Below the pieces are notes generated by a model, which was not told the DNA's origin, did not search any database, and saw only the letters and a list, made by a program, of their open reading frames with translations. Below are positions 9,756 through 18,562 of a stretch of 33,682 nucleotides of DNA, in pieces. Position 1 is the first letter of the stretch. Every line of letters begins with the position of its first letter. Origin of the DNA: a virus. Its lineage: Duplodnaviria; Caudoviricetes. The translations under genes were made by a program, and so were the position numbers. The DNA lies in IMG/VR virus record IMGVR_UViG_3300005805_000011, positions 1 through 33,682 of that record; one strand, given 5' to 3'.

Positions 9756-11069
9756 ATCCCGGTGAAACGTCCACAAATAATATCGCAAACAATCTAAAAG
9801 GTGAGTGATCGATTTGTCCTTTGTTTTGTCGATTTCACCATTTTCATCCGTTTGAACCATTTGTAAATCGTTGATCAACCATTGACACGATGAATCGATT
9901 TGAAAATCGATGTGCCGTTCCAACAACGAATTCAGCAACACACGTGAATTCCTGATCGATGGGTTGAATGATGGAACACGGAATGCGGTTTTGGGAACGT
10001 CTAATTCCCGCATAATGATTTGATAATAGTTCGATGCACCCTGTGTCATCGCTGATCGGTTCGATCCTGATGCATCCCCGGTGATCAAAAACCAATTCGA
10101 TCCGAATGTCGTTTTGATCACTTCACACAATTTGAAAATGTCCGAATTCCGCAACCTGAATTCCTTCAATATCCTGATCCGACCTTTGAATGATTGTCCC
10201 GCAATGCACGTGATCGGATCAACGTTGAAATCAAATGACAGGATGATCGGTTCATTCCGTTCAATTTGCAAATTCGGTTGAATCGTTTTGGATCGGTTGA
10301 ATGCGTATGCAAACGGACGTTCGACATCGATCACATCCCAATTGCCCTCCACAAATATTTGTCGTGTGATTTCATCCAAATTTTGCAATCCATCCAAATA
10401 GGTTTGTGGCAACGATGGATTGTCCCGCATCAGGGATTGCAAATAAAAATAATCGGATGACAATTCACCTTTGACAAACGGATTGTGGAACACCTCTTTT
10501 GTCCAATTTTGTGATGGGTTGCACGTGCAAAGGATCAACGGCATCGGCTGAACCTCCATTCCCGGAATGATGTTTCGCCCCGCCCTCAATTTGCATTTTT
10601 CGAATGTCTTTTGTTGTATCTCCTGTGATTCCTCCAACAAAAAAAAATTCGCTTCGATTCCATCAAATCGTGTCAGGTTTTTGTCCATCACATAGTTTTC
10701 CGGGAAAAACGTCAACGATGATCCGTTTTTGAATTTGACAACCTGATCCGTTTGATTGTAATTGCGGATGAATGATTTTGGACACAATTTGAAAAACGAT
10801 GGGATCGTTGTCCGTTTTAATGTAGGCAACGATTCACGGATCACGAATGATTTTGATCCGGGGAACACACGTGCCAACAACAACAACGTTGCCAACGACA
10901 CGAATGATTTTCCGCCCCCGGCTGATCCACCAAACAATAAATATTTGTAGCGATTACTAAACACCGCCTCAATGAATTCCTTTTGTTTGGGATGCGGTTC
11001 AAATATTATTTTTTGATTCAAAACAGGCTGAAAATATATTTGATTGAAACGATCAAACCAATTGCCCAA
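9735..11069 (-). CDS. terL: Terminase large subunit
   Basis: Walker A GGSAGGGKS, Walker B-like FFLLEESQE, motif III CTCNP, RNase H-like nuclease motifs SFDFNVDP, TGDASG and HLLDCLRY. The true start may be TTG at 11021, overlapping the upstream TGA. Confidence 0.93.
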   Translation of the reverse strand: MGNWFDRFNQIYFQPVLNQKIIFEPHPKQKEFIEAVFSNRYKYLLFGGSAGGGKSFVSLATLLLLARVFPGSKSFVIRESLPTLKRTTIPSFFKLCPKSFIRNYNQTDQVVKFKNGSSLTFFPENYVMDKNLTRFDGIEANFFLLEESQEIQQKTFEKCKLRAGRNIIPGMEVQPMPLILCTCNPSQNWTKEVFHNPFVKGELSSDYFYLQSLMRDNPSLPQTYLDGLQNLDEITRQIFVEGNWDVIDVERPFAYAFNRSKTIQPNLQIERNEPIILSFDFNVDPITCIAGQSFKGRIRILKEFRLRNSDIFKLCEVIKTTFGSNWFLITGDASGSNRSAMTQGASNYYQIIMRELDVPKTAFRVPSFNPSIRNSRVLLNSLLERHIDFQIDSSCQWLINDLQMVQTDENGEIDKTKDKSITHLLDCLRYYLWTFHRDFVKLLK

Positions 11070-11236
11070 ATCGTTAACGAAATGAAATGCAAAATGATTT
11101 TCACGATGGATTTTTTTCGCCTCAATTTCATTTTTTCCAAAGGATTGAAATATGGGGATGGATCATTCATCGAATATTCGTTTTTTGTCCAATCGAATTC
11201 AGGTGTTTCGGTTTTGTTTGTGTTTGTATGTTTCAT
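11018..11236 (-). CDS. Small membrane protein (72 aa)
   Basis: ATGA-coupled to TerS; one C-terminal hydrophobic helix. Confidence 0.65.
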   Translation of the reverse strand: MKHTNTNKTETPEFDWTKNEYSMNDPSPYFNPLEKMKLRRKKSIVKIILHFISLTIWAIGLIVSIKYIFSLF

Positions 11237-11745
11237 TTGAAATTGATTGTTTGATCACCTATTTTGAAAACCTGATCATCACCTTCCAATTCAATCGTGA
11301 CCTGATCGTTCCAATTTTTCGGATCACAATTTTTCAGGGCGAAAATGATTGCAGTCGGGTTTGGTGCGACAAATCGTTTTTTTGTTCGAACACGTTTTCC
11401 GATCAGGTTGCCACGTTTGTCGAACATTTCATCAACTTCGGATTCGGTGACGTGAAATCCATCGATCAACAATTCAATTCCGTGTGTTGCCTTTTCACGC
11501 AACAAATCCTTTCGAACCTGTGTTCCAAATTCCTTTGCCTTTTTATAAGCATCTGCAAAATCTGAATTGTCATTGCACCAAATAACGAATGTTCGATACG
11601 TGATTCCGAATGCATCACACACCGATTCGATCGTTTGATTGTGTTGTTGATAGTGATCACAAATCCGTTTCACCAATTCGGATTTTTCCGATTCGGATCG
11701 TTTCGTTGAATGTTTTGGTTCACTATTTTTTGCACGTTTATTCAT
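11233..11745 (-). CDS. terS: Terminase small subunit
   Basis: HTH-like TIESVCDAFGITYRTFVIW...FADAYKKAKE and C-terminal PNPTAIIFALKN..P.NW motif; upstream of TerL. Confidence 0.8.
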   Translation of the reverse strand: MNKRAKNSEPKHSTKRSESEKSELVKRICDHYQQHNQTIESVCDAFGITYRTFVIWCNDNSDFADAYKKAKEFGTQVRKDLLREKATHGIELLIDGFHVTESEVDEMFDKRGNLIGKRVRTKKRFVAPNPTAIIFALKNCDPKNWNDQVTIELEGDDQVFKIGDQTINFK

Positions 11746-12016
11746 TGTATATTTTCACGTGAAATGGATCAGCCAAATAATTTTGAAATGCAAATGGATT
11801 TGGATTCACGGAATGATCGAATGATGACCAATGTGAACAAAACCGCAACCAAATATCGTTGAATTTTTCGATAATATTCAAGAATTCATTTTCATTTGCA
11901 AAATTATTTGAATAGCAACGTGCCTCAAATGCGGTTGTGATTGTGTAGAATTCCAATGCGATCCGGGAAAATTCACGTTCAACAATTCGGTTCGATTTCA
12001 TCGGGATCATCATCAA
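11738..12016 (-). CDS. Hypothetical protein (92 aa)
   Basis: Tiles with neighbouring genes on the coding strand. Confidence 0.6.
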   Translation of the reverse strand: MMMIPMKSNRIVEREFSRIALEFYTITTAFEARCYSNNFANENEFLNIIEKFNDIWLRFCSHWSSFDHSVNPNPFAFQNYLADPFHVKIYNE

Positions 12017-12203
12017 AGGTCAAAAGGAATGCGACAATTTCAACCGCATTTTTAAAATCATCACGTGCGAATTGTATTTCATTGAATCGATAGTGAAATT
12101 CGTGTAATCCAATTGACTGATCGTTTGCGATGTCGGATTCCATTTGATCAAATATCAAATTCAATTTGTGATTGATTTCGTTGATTGAATTTTGAATGTC
12201 CAT
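11979..12203 (-). CDS. Hypothetical protein (74 aa)
   Basis: Acidic helical ORF that tiles with its neighbours. Confidence 0.6.
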   Translation of the reverse strand: MDIQNSINEINHKLNLIFDQMESDIANDQSIGLHEFHYRFNEIQFARDDFKNAVEIVAFLLTFDDDPDEIEPNC

Positions 12204-12564
12204 TTTTCAGGTTGTTTAAATATTGCTCAATTGATGTCCGGGATTCCCTGATTGCATTTTCACGTTGTTTCATTGTTTCAATCCATTGTTCCAATTCATT
12301 GATGTCATCGGTTGTGTAGTAACCTTTTGATGTTGCGATCAATCCCGGAACTAAATTTTCAATGCGAATGTATTGAATGATTTTTCGAATCCGTGGTTCG
12401 GTTATTTTGATTTTGAAATTTCGTTCCAATCCTGAAACGATTTGTGGATTGGTGACAATATATTTTGAACCTTTCCATTTTGTAAAGCGATCAACGATGA
12501 TTGGAACAATTTTCAATTCATCCTGATTTAATTCAATTGTGTAATCATCAAAATTTGTGATCAT
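12148..12564 (-). CDS. Winged-helix DNA-binding protein (~138 aa)
   Basis: ITEPRIRKIIQYIR...IATSKGYY resembles a wHTH recognition helix and wing. Likely start is ATG 12564. Confidence 0.6.
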   Translation of the reverse strand: MITNFDDYTIELNQDELKIVPIIVDRFTKWKGSKYIVTNPQIVSGLERNFKIKITEPRIRKIIQYIRIENLVPGLIATSKGYYTTDDINELEQWIETMKQRENAIRESRTSIEQYLNNLKNGHSKFNQRNQSQIEFDI

Positions 12565-12646
12565 CGTTTTTGTTGAATTTATTGATTGCAAATAATAAGA
12601 CACCGACACAAATTGACGTGATCCAAAACATTGCGAAATATTCCAT
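12548..12646 (-). CDS. Small single-pass membrane peptide (32 aa, MEYFAMFWITSICVGVLLFAINKFNKNDDHKF)
   Basis: ATG overlaps the TGA of the 58-aa upstream ORF; corresponds to the 3' part of the track's 115-aa ORF. Confidence 0.5.
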   Translation of the reverse strand: MEYFAMFWITSICVGVLLFAINKFNKNDDHKF

Positions 12647-12822
12647 CACTTTTGTATTTGTTTTTGATTCAATTGTTCTTTCATTGAATTTTTGTTGTTC
12701 TTTAGCATTTCCAATTGCATTTGCAACGTTCCAATCATTTGTGTGACGTTTTTGATTTGGATATCGATTTGATTGATTCCGTTTTTCAGGTTTGCGATTT
12801 TTTGATCGATTGTCGGTTTCAT
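12646..12822 (-). CDS. Small coiled-coil protein (58 aa, MKPTIDQKIANLKNGINQIDIQIKNVTQMIGTLQMQLEMLK...)
   Basis: Below the ORF-track cutoff. ATGA-coupled to the upstream gene, clear heptad pattern and genome-typical codons. Confidence 0.7.
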   Translation of the reverse strand: MKPTIDQKIANLKNGINQIDIQIKNVTQMIGTLQMQLEMLKNNKNSMKEQLNQKQIQK

Positions 12823-13037
12823 TTTTTATAGGTTTCATTGTAGTAATGTTCAGCATCATTATATTCAATGGCAAATCCTTGACTGAATCCAACATTCATT
12901 GCTTCTTTAATCTGCTCTTTCTCCATTGCGAGGGCTTGTTGGACAACATCTCTAATTTCATCCCATTTGTCTAATGGTATAAATTCTATATTTTCATTAA
13001 GTGTTCGCACCAACCATTCAACTGCGGTTTGTTTCAT
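12819..13037 (-). CDS. Hypothetical protein, MKQTAVEWL-type small phage protein (72 aa)
   Basis: ATGA overlaps at both ends; base composition atypical for this genome (CT/AG-rich). Confidence 0.75.
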   Translation of the reverse strand: MKQTAVEWLVRTLNENIEFIPLDKWDEIRDVVQQALAMEKEQIKEAMNVGFSQGFAIEYNDAEHYYNETYKK

Positions 13038-13264
13038 TTTTTGATTGTTTGTTGATCGATTTTTGATAATGATTTTCGGAATTTCATTCGTTTTTGAAAT
13101 CGTTTTGATTCATTCAGCAAATGATCCAATGCCAATTTTGTCCCGGTTAGATCATTAAACAAGGCAATCAACGCAAACGACATCGACAGGATGAATGATG
13201 CTATCAGTAAAACAATGAACACCGGGGTTGCGAAAATCATTCCGAATTTTGTTTTTGTTGTCAT
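13034..13264 (-). CDS. Small membrane protein (76 aa)
   Basis: N-terminal hydrophobic helix and basic tail; ATGA-coupled. Confidence 0.65.
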   Translation of the reverse strand: MTTKTKFGMIFATPVFIVLLIASFILSMSFALIALFNDLTGTKLALDHLLNESKRFQKRMKFRKSLSKIDQQTIKK

Positions 13265-14154
13265 TTGATGGATTCAATTTTTTGTGAATTTAGTTTTTTT
13301 TCAATGATGGATTCCAAATCCACATTGTTTGTTTTACAGGATTCGAAAAACTTGATCACGGATATTTTGTGACATCGGGCAATGATTTCGTTTTTCATTG
13401 CGATTTCAATCCCTTTCAATTTTATCAGATCCCTAACATCCTGTAATTTTTTATTGTCATCGGGGTTGAATGCGATTTTTTTTGATTCCTGATCGATTTG
13501 ATCGATTGCCATTTTGTAAATCGTGTTTTTGTCGGCATCGGACAATTTGAAAACATTCAGTTTTTCGGTTAATGATTCATAAATCACGGAATGCGGGATC
13601 AAACCGAATGTGATTTCACCTGTTTTCAAATAAAATTTGAAGGGTTGAATGATGCAATTTCGAACAAAACGTTGATGACGTTCCAATTTTTCCTGATCGC
13701 TCAATTCATTTTCCAATTCCTTTTGTTTCATTTCGTTTTGTTTTTTTTGAAATTCCCTGATTGTTTCAAATCGGTGTTTTTGATAGGCATTCATCACGTT
13801 GGACAAATACAATGCTGAAAATGATTGGTAGTGATTCGGATCGCAATCCAATTCGTTTTTCAATAAAAGGTGAAACGCAATTTTGATGTCATCGACCGAA
13901 AATTGTTTCAAATCGTTTTGGATGAAATTGATCAAAACCGATTTTTGAATTTCGTTGGGGATGTTTTCAGCCTTCAATCCGATCAGGGTGAACACGTATC
14001 GCAACACCTGTTTGATTGGTTCATCGGAATCGATGTTTCGGATTTTTGGTTGATGGAATGCCCGGATGATTTCGCCTTGTTTAAAACTTACTGATGGCAT
14101 CCGTGAAATCAGGTTTTCCAATTCCGGGTTGTTTGTTGTTTGCAGTGTTGTCAT
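13261..14154 (-). CDS. Hypothetical replication-associated protein (297 aa; possible helicase-loader position)
   Basis: Long helical ORF directly downstream of the initiator. No NTPase motif seen; function inferred from position only. Confidence 0.55.
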   Translation of the reverse strand: MTTLQTTNNPELENLISRMPSVSFKQGEIIRAFHQPKIRNIDSDEPIKQVLRYVFTLIGLKAENIPNEIQKSVLINFIQNDLKQFSVDDIKIAFHLLLKNELDCDPNHYQSFSALYLSNVMNAYQKHRFETIREFQKKQNEMKQKELENELSDQEKLERHQRFVRNCIIQPFKFYLKTGEITFGLIPHSVIYESLTEKLNVFKLSDADKNTIYKMAIDQIDQESKKIAFNPDDNKKLQDVRDLIKLKGIEIAMKNEIIARCHKISVIKFFESCKTNNVDLESIIEKKLNSQKIESIK

Positions 14155-14893
14155 TTTTTGCCCTTTTTAGCCAATTTAAAGCGGTTAAATGCACGGAAAC
14201 GTACTTTGCCCCCAACGACTTGAAATTTTCCATTGCTGACAGGGTTTCCGTTGTTTTCTCAAATCCGAATTTTTCATCCAATTCAAAGCATTGTTCCAAC
14301 GTCAATTGTTTTTTCAATTTTTGGACGTTAGGACAATTCATTTCAACAAAGGATGCAATCGGATGAAACCAATCATCATTTTCCTTTTTATTATTTAATA
14401 ATGATTTATCATTATTTATAATATTAGAAGATGAAGATGAAGGGGTTGAATTTTGCTTAAGGTCTTGCTTATCCAAATTTTTGACTTTTGGTTCACGTTT
14501 TGGTTGCAATTTTGGATTACCTCCCAACGATCCGCAATCCCTTCTAATTTGTCGAATGCGTTCATCCTCAACCATTCTCTTTGAATAGTACACACCCCGT
14601 TCATCCAATTTGATGATCCCGAATTTTGTCAATTCCGACCATATTTTTTCGAATGATTTTTGATCACAATTCACGAATTGTTTCAATGAATTTGCATCCA
14701 AAGGTTGACCATTGATGATAAGGAATCCGGGTTCGTTTGACAGGAACATCCAACACAATAAATCGATCCAAACACCACGTGTTTCCGGGGAACACAAACG
14801 CAATGAAGGATCAGTCAACCAATCCATTGCGTAGAATTGGAAGGCGGGTGCTTTATTGCGTCCGTTTAACTTTTGCTTTGATTTTGCTTTCAT
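14081..14893 (-). CDS. Phage replication initiator (YdaU/DUF1376-like N-terminus, 270 aa)
   Basis: APAFQFYAMDWL...LCSPETRGVWIDLLCWM N-terminal domain, YSKRMV...GSLGGNP motif, and a low-complexity linker carrying DNA repeats, as in lambda O-type initiators. Confidence 0.75.
   Translation of the reverse strand: MKAKSKQKLNGRNKAPAFQFYAMDWLTDPSLRLCSPETRGVWIDLLCWMFLSNEPGFLIINGQPLDANSLKQFVNCDQKSFEKIWSELTKFGIIKLDERGVYYSKRMVEDERIRQIRRDCGSLGGNPKLQPKREPKVKNLDKQDLKQNSTPSSSSSNIINNDKSLLNNKKENDDWFHPIASFVEMNCPNVQKLKKQLTLEQCFELDEKFGFEKTTETLSAMENFKSLGAKYVSVHLTALNWLKRAKNDNTANNKQPGIGKPDFTDAISKF
14385..14521. other. Putative replication origin: 12-bp-period iterons plus an AT-rich tract inside the initiator gene
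   Basis: TTTTGGTT-like units at 14486, 14498 and 14510, TTTTGCTT-like units at 14451 and 14463, next to the AT-rich 14385-14425 stretch. Confidence 0.6.
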
Positions 14894-14940
14894 TTTGGTT
14901 GATTGTTTGGTTGACGTTTTGGTTCAATTTTGGTTAACCT
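14893..14940. repeat. Four TTTTGGTTnA direct repeats at the initiator start
   Basis: Units start at 14893, 14905, 14917 and 14928; same core as the internal iterons. Confidence 0.75.
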
Positions 14941-15331
14941 CAACCTGTGCTTTTGCTTCGTTTTGAAATGATGCCAACAACGAAAACCATCTTTTTTCCT
15001 TTGTTTTTTTGCGACCTGTGATGATATTGGAAACAAATGTCACCGAAAATTCAGGATGCGATTTGCAAAAGGAACGGATTGATTTGTAATTGATCGCAAT
15101 GAATTGTCGGATCATTTCACGTTCCTGATCGGTGACAATGTTTGTCGGCACGAATCCCGGTGACAACGTGTCGATTTTTTCACGGATCACACGTTCGAAT
15201 TGATCACGTGTTGTTGATGACATCCGATTGTGCAAAAATGCGATCATTTGGTTTTTGTTAATTTGGGCAACATTTTGGAACATTGCGATCGTTCCGAATT
15301 TTTGTTTGATTTCAGTTTTGATTTGGTTCAT
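14924..15331 (-). CDS. Putative transcription regulator with two HTH-like halves (135 aa)
   Basis: KFGTIAMF...INKNQMIAFLHNR and NYKSIRSFC...FSVTFVSNIITGRKK both resemble Cro/Ner-type HTHs. Confidence 0.5.
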   Translation of the reverse strand: MNQIKTEIKQKFGTIAMFQNVAQINKNQMIAFLHNRMSSTTRDQFERVIREKIDTLSPGFVPTNIVTDQEREMIRQFIAINYKSIRSFCKSHPEFSVTFVSNIITGRKKTKEKRWFSLLASFQNEAKAQVEVNQN

Positions 15332-15605
15332 TTTGGGTTTGTTTTAAATTGTTTTGTTTTCCGATATTGTAAATTGATTTGATGACATTGTTCCAATAAA
15401 ATTCGGCTAATGTGTCGCAGTATTCAAGCATCAATTCACAGGATTTGACCGCAAACATTTTCGCCATCCATTTGATTTGATGATCCATTGCGGGATCGGT
15501 GACATCGACATCCAAAAACCTGACCTGATCGATCATTTCGATGTGATATTGTTCGAACAATTCGTGTGCCTTTGCATCGAATTCGCATTGTGATATTTTC
15601 GCCAT
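15312..15605 (-). CDS. Hypothetical protein (~97 aa)
   Basis: Likely start is ATG 15605 (MAKISQCEF); the track's upstream extension runs through a hairpin. Confidence 0.65.
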   Translation of the reverse strand: MAKISQCEFDAKAHELFEQYHIEMIDQVRFLDVDVTDPAMDHQIKWMAKMFAVKSCELMLEYCDTLAEFYWNNVIKSIYNIGKQNNLKQTQNEPNQN

Positions 15606-15645
15606 TTTAGTAACTTTTAGTAATGATTTCGTAAGTTTTCGTAAA

Positions 15646-15674
15646 TGTGGGGATGCCGGGTTTGACACCCCCAC
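15646..15674 (-). terminator. GC-rich hairpin after the Bet-like gene
   Basis: TGTGGGG...CCCCACA inverted repeat with only a short U tract on the minus strand. Confidence 0.4.
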
Positions 15675-15682
15675 AAATCAAA

Positions 15683-16573
15683 TCAATTGAACAAATTTGG
15701 TTGAATCACGTCATCATCGGATTCCTGTTCCTGTTCCGATTCCGTTTCATTTTCCATCGATGCGATAGCCTCCAATTCCAACCGCCGTTGACGCAAAGCC
15801 GAAATGAATTCATCCGATTTTTGTAATCCCGGATAAGTGTTGTAAATCATTTTCAGTTCATCCAACGAATTGGAATTCGTGATCATCGGCAACACGTCAA
15901 AAATCATTGGATTGTCGTTTTGTGTACGTTCCACAGGTTCTGTTTGCACTTTTGGTTTGCGTCCACGTTTAGCGGGTTCAGGTGACATTGGTTGTGTTTG
16001 TGCAACCTCAATTGATTTTGGTTCAACCGGGACGTTGACGATTTGGATGTCGGAATTGATTTCATCGGCGGTGTACGGCATCCCCCCTAATTCATCCGAA
16101 AAACACAATCGGAATCCCTGTGCGATTGCCACCTTTTTGATCATTGTCAGGGGTTTTTCCCGCCAAAATTTGTTGACCTGACCTTCCCGGTTGCATTGAA
16201 CGTATTCCCTGAAATAGACTTCGTGAACGAACGGGTGTTCCCAATCTTTACGATGGATCGTGATCGTGGCTTTGATGTCGGATGTTTTAGGATCAATGAT
16301 CGATCCTGATGTGGTGACGTGCCACCCGGACAATCGACCTGAACGTTCAGCACGTTTGACGTACGTTTCAAACCCTACAATGATCGAAAATGATTGTCCG
16401 AATTTGGATGCGTAAATTTCACGTTTGAACGGATTCAAACCGAATGCCTGTGCAATTTCAATGAATTGTTGCACCTCCGAATTAGTCAAATTCGTTGTCA
16501 GGTTCATTGTTTGCAAATAAGTTTTGATTTTGTTGGCATCAACGGATGCCTGATTTGTTTGGATGTTTGACAT
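15683..16573 (-). CDS. bet: Single-strand annealing recombinase, Bet/RecT family (296 aa)
   Basis: FIEIAQAFGLNPFKREIY, EVYFREY and W.EKPLTMIKKVAIAQGFRLCF...GMPYTADE are typical phage Bet motifs. Confidence 0.85.
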   Translation of the reverse strand: MSNIQTNQASVDANKIKTYLQTMNLTTNLTNSEVQQFIEIAQAFGLNPFKREIYASKFGQSFSIIVGFETYVKRAERSGRLSGWHVTTSGSIIDPKTSDIKATITIHRKDWEHPFVHEVYFREYVQCNREGQVNKFWREKPLTMIKKVAIAQGFRLCFSDELGGMPYTADEINSDIQIVNVPVEPKSIEVAQTQPMSPEPAKRGRKPKVQTEPVERTQNDNPMIFDVLPMITNSNSLDELKMIYNTYPGLQKSDEFISALRQRRLELEAIASMENETESEQEQESDDDVIQPNLFN

Positions 16574-16648
16574 TGTTTTGTTGTTTTAAAATTGTTTGAT
16601 GTTTGGTAAAATTAAATGAATTTTTGTTTCAGTCAAATATTTTTGAAA

Positions 16649-17137
16649 TTATTTTGGCAATTTGATTTCGATTGTTGTTTTGGATGATTTAACCGGGGGA
16701 TGAATTTCGAAAACCTCACCTGTCGTTTCATCTACCATTGTCCGGGATGATTTCAATGATTTCAATTCGGTTTCAATTTGTTTCAAATTTGATTGCATTT
16801 CATCACATTCCGATTTCAGGATCATCCATTTTTCGGTATTGCTGAAATCATATCGCACCCCGGATTCCTTTAATTTGAATTGAACACCATTTCGTTTGAT
16901 GCCTTGTTTGGCATCGGGATGTTTTTCCAATTCATTGATCAGGGATTCCCGCATTTGGGATTTGGCAATTTCAACCGCCTGTGCGATGAATTCCAATTCC
17001 GATAAATAGTCGAACGGATTTTTGTTGCCTGTTTTGAATTCGAACAAAATTTGATTGGCTAATTGCTCGACATTCGCTTTGTTCAATTGAACCGATCCAC
17101 CTTTGATCGATTCAATGATTGTTGTTGTTTGATTCAT
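16649..17137 (-). CDS. Hypothetical phage protein (162 aa)
   Basis: Helical/coiled-coil ORF with C-terminal VDETTGEV...PPVKSS; upstream of Bet. Confidence 0.75.
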   Translation of the reverse strand: MNQTTTIIESIKGGSVQLNKANVEQLANQILFEFKTGNKNPFDYLSELEFIAQAVEIAKSQMRESLINELEKHPDAKQGIKRNGVQFKLKESGVRYDFSNTEKWMILKSECDEMQSNLKQIETELKSLKSSRTMVDETTGEVFEIHPPVKSSKTTIEIKLPK

Positions 17138-17460
17138 TTTGATAGTGATTTGAATTTTGCGATTAAAATTGTGTTGATGATTTCAGCGGATTGTGATGTT
17201 TCGTTTTGTTTTTTCAAAAACCTGATCAAATCATCGATCGATTGAATGTCGATCAGGGAATTGATTTGATCATTTGCCGGGAAACATTTTTGAAAACGAT
17301 TTGTCAAATATTGGATTTCAATCGGCATCAATTCGTTTTTGATGTCGGAAAATTTTGTTGATTCAATTGGTTGATTTTTATTTTTTGTCATTATCATTGT
17401 TGTGGCTTTTTTGTTTGGGCATTTTGGGAAGCGGGAACGATTTTTGTTCCCGTTTTTCAT
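17134..17460 (-). CDS. Hypothetical protein (108 aa)
   Basis: ATGA-coupled on both sides. Confidence 0.65.
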   Translation of the reverse strand: MKNGNKNRSRFPKCPNKKATTMIMTKNKNQPIESTKFSDIKNELMPIEIQYLTNRFQKCFPANDQINSLIDIQSIDDLIRFLKKQNETSQSAEIINTILIAKFKSLSK

Positions 17461-17918
17461 TTCATCCGGGTGCGATCATTCAGGTTCATTGCATCGTAAA
17501 AATCGGACATCATATCTTTGAACATTTCGAATTCGGATTTGCTCAAACGATCCTTGAATGTCGGCATCCATTTGATCAGGTTTTTGGTTGCATACACAAA
17601 CGAATCGATCACCAATTCATCGGTTGTGATCGTGTCAATCGGTTTTGGTTCATCGTTCCGTTCTACGATATCAAATGACAACCAACAATCATCGTTTCCG
17701 ATCCGCCTGTCATTTTTTCGGTAGATCGTTAAGCCATCAACGTTTTTGATCGATCCGTTCGGTTGATGGATCGTGACACCGGGATTCAACGATTCAAATT
17801 CCCGGATCAGGATGTCACGTGCGTCATCAATTGATTTGATTGGTTCGGAGTGAAATTTTGACACGATCAGTTTTCCTGATTCGCCAACCTTGTTTTGGTA
17901 AATAATGATTTCGTGCAT
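17457..17918 (-). CDS. Hypothetical protein (153 aa)
   Basis: A-rich leader and genome-typical codons. Confidence 0.7.
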   Translation of the reverse strand: MHEIIIYQNKVGESGKLIVSKFHSEPIKSIDDARDILIREFESLNPGVTIHQPNGSIKNVDGLTIYRKNDRRIGNDDCWLSFDIVERNDEPKPIDTITTDELVIDSFVYATKNLIKWMPTFKDRLSKSEFEMFKDMMSDFYDAMNLNDRTRMK

Positions 17919-17938
17919 TTTATTATTTGTTTAATTGG

Positions 17939-18562
17939 TTAAAACAATGTCAATTGTGATTTAAATTCATTGAATCTTTTTTCCTGTGCTTCAAAATAGT
18001 CTTTGTCGATTTCGCAACCGACAAAGTCAAATCCGTTTTTGTAACAGGCAATGCGACTGCTTCCACTACCCAAATGCGAATCAAAAATTTTGTCATCTTC
18101 GTTTGCATAATTTTTCAAAATCCATTCATAAAGTTTAATCGGTTTTTGTGTTGGATGAATTCTTTTGTTTCCACCCATTCCGCTTAAATCATATTGACGT
18201 GTCGCCCTATCAAATGATGTCCAAGCCAATTCACCATCTGCAAATGTCATCCCCTTTTGTTTAAACCAAAAAATCCAACCCTGTGAAGGAAATAAATATT
18301 TTGTAAAATAATTCCCGCCCCAAATTATTTGATTTTTTGAAATACGAAATAATTCAATAAAATATTCGTGATCAGGAATTGATTTGTCCCAATCTTTTTT
18401 TTCCCAATTTTTAAATCCAAATTTTTTAATTCTCGATCCTTGATGCAAATAATCAATTCCATAAGGCGGGTCGCATATTGCCAAATCAAAGTGATTTTCG
18501 GGATATCGTTTCATAACTTCCATACAATCTTCATTGAATATAATTGAATCCTTTTTCATCAA
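17939..18562 (-). CDS. DNA N6-adenine/N4-cytosine methyltransferase, beta class (207 aa)
   Basis: Catalytic DPPY precedes HPTQKP and the SAM-binding DSHLGSGS motif. Confidence 0.92.
   Translation of the reverse strand: MMKKDSIIFNEDCMEVMKRYPENHFDLAICDPPYGIDYLHQGSRIKKFGFKNWEKKDWDKSIPDHEYFIELFRISKNQIIWGGNYFTKYLFPSQGWIFWFKQKGMTFADGELAWTSFDRATRQYDLSGMGGNKRIHPTQKPIKLYEWILKNYANEDDKIFDSHLGSGSSRIACYKNGFDFVGCEIDKDYFEAQEKRFNEFKSQLTLF

Noticed and set aside
12548-12895. 115-aa ORF from the track
   Set aside because: Better explained by two coupled small genes (12646-12822 and 12548-12646) with proper start/stop overlaps.
14451-14940. Short repeats as a CRISPR or mini-array
   Set aside because: Units are 11-12 bp with no spacers and no cas genes are present.
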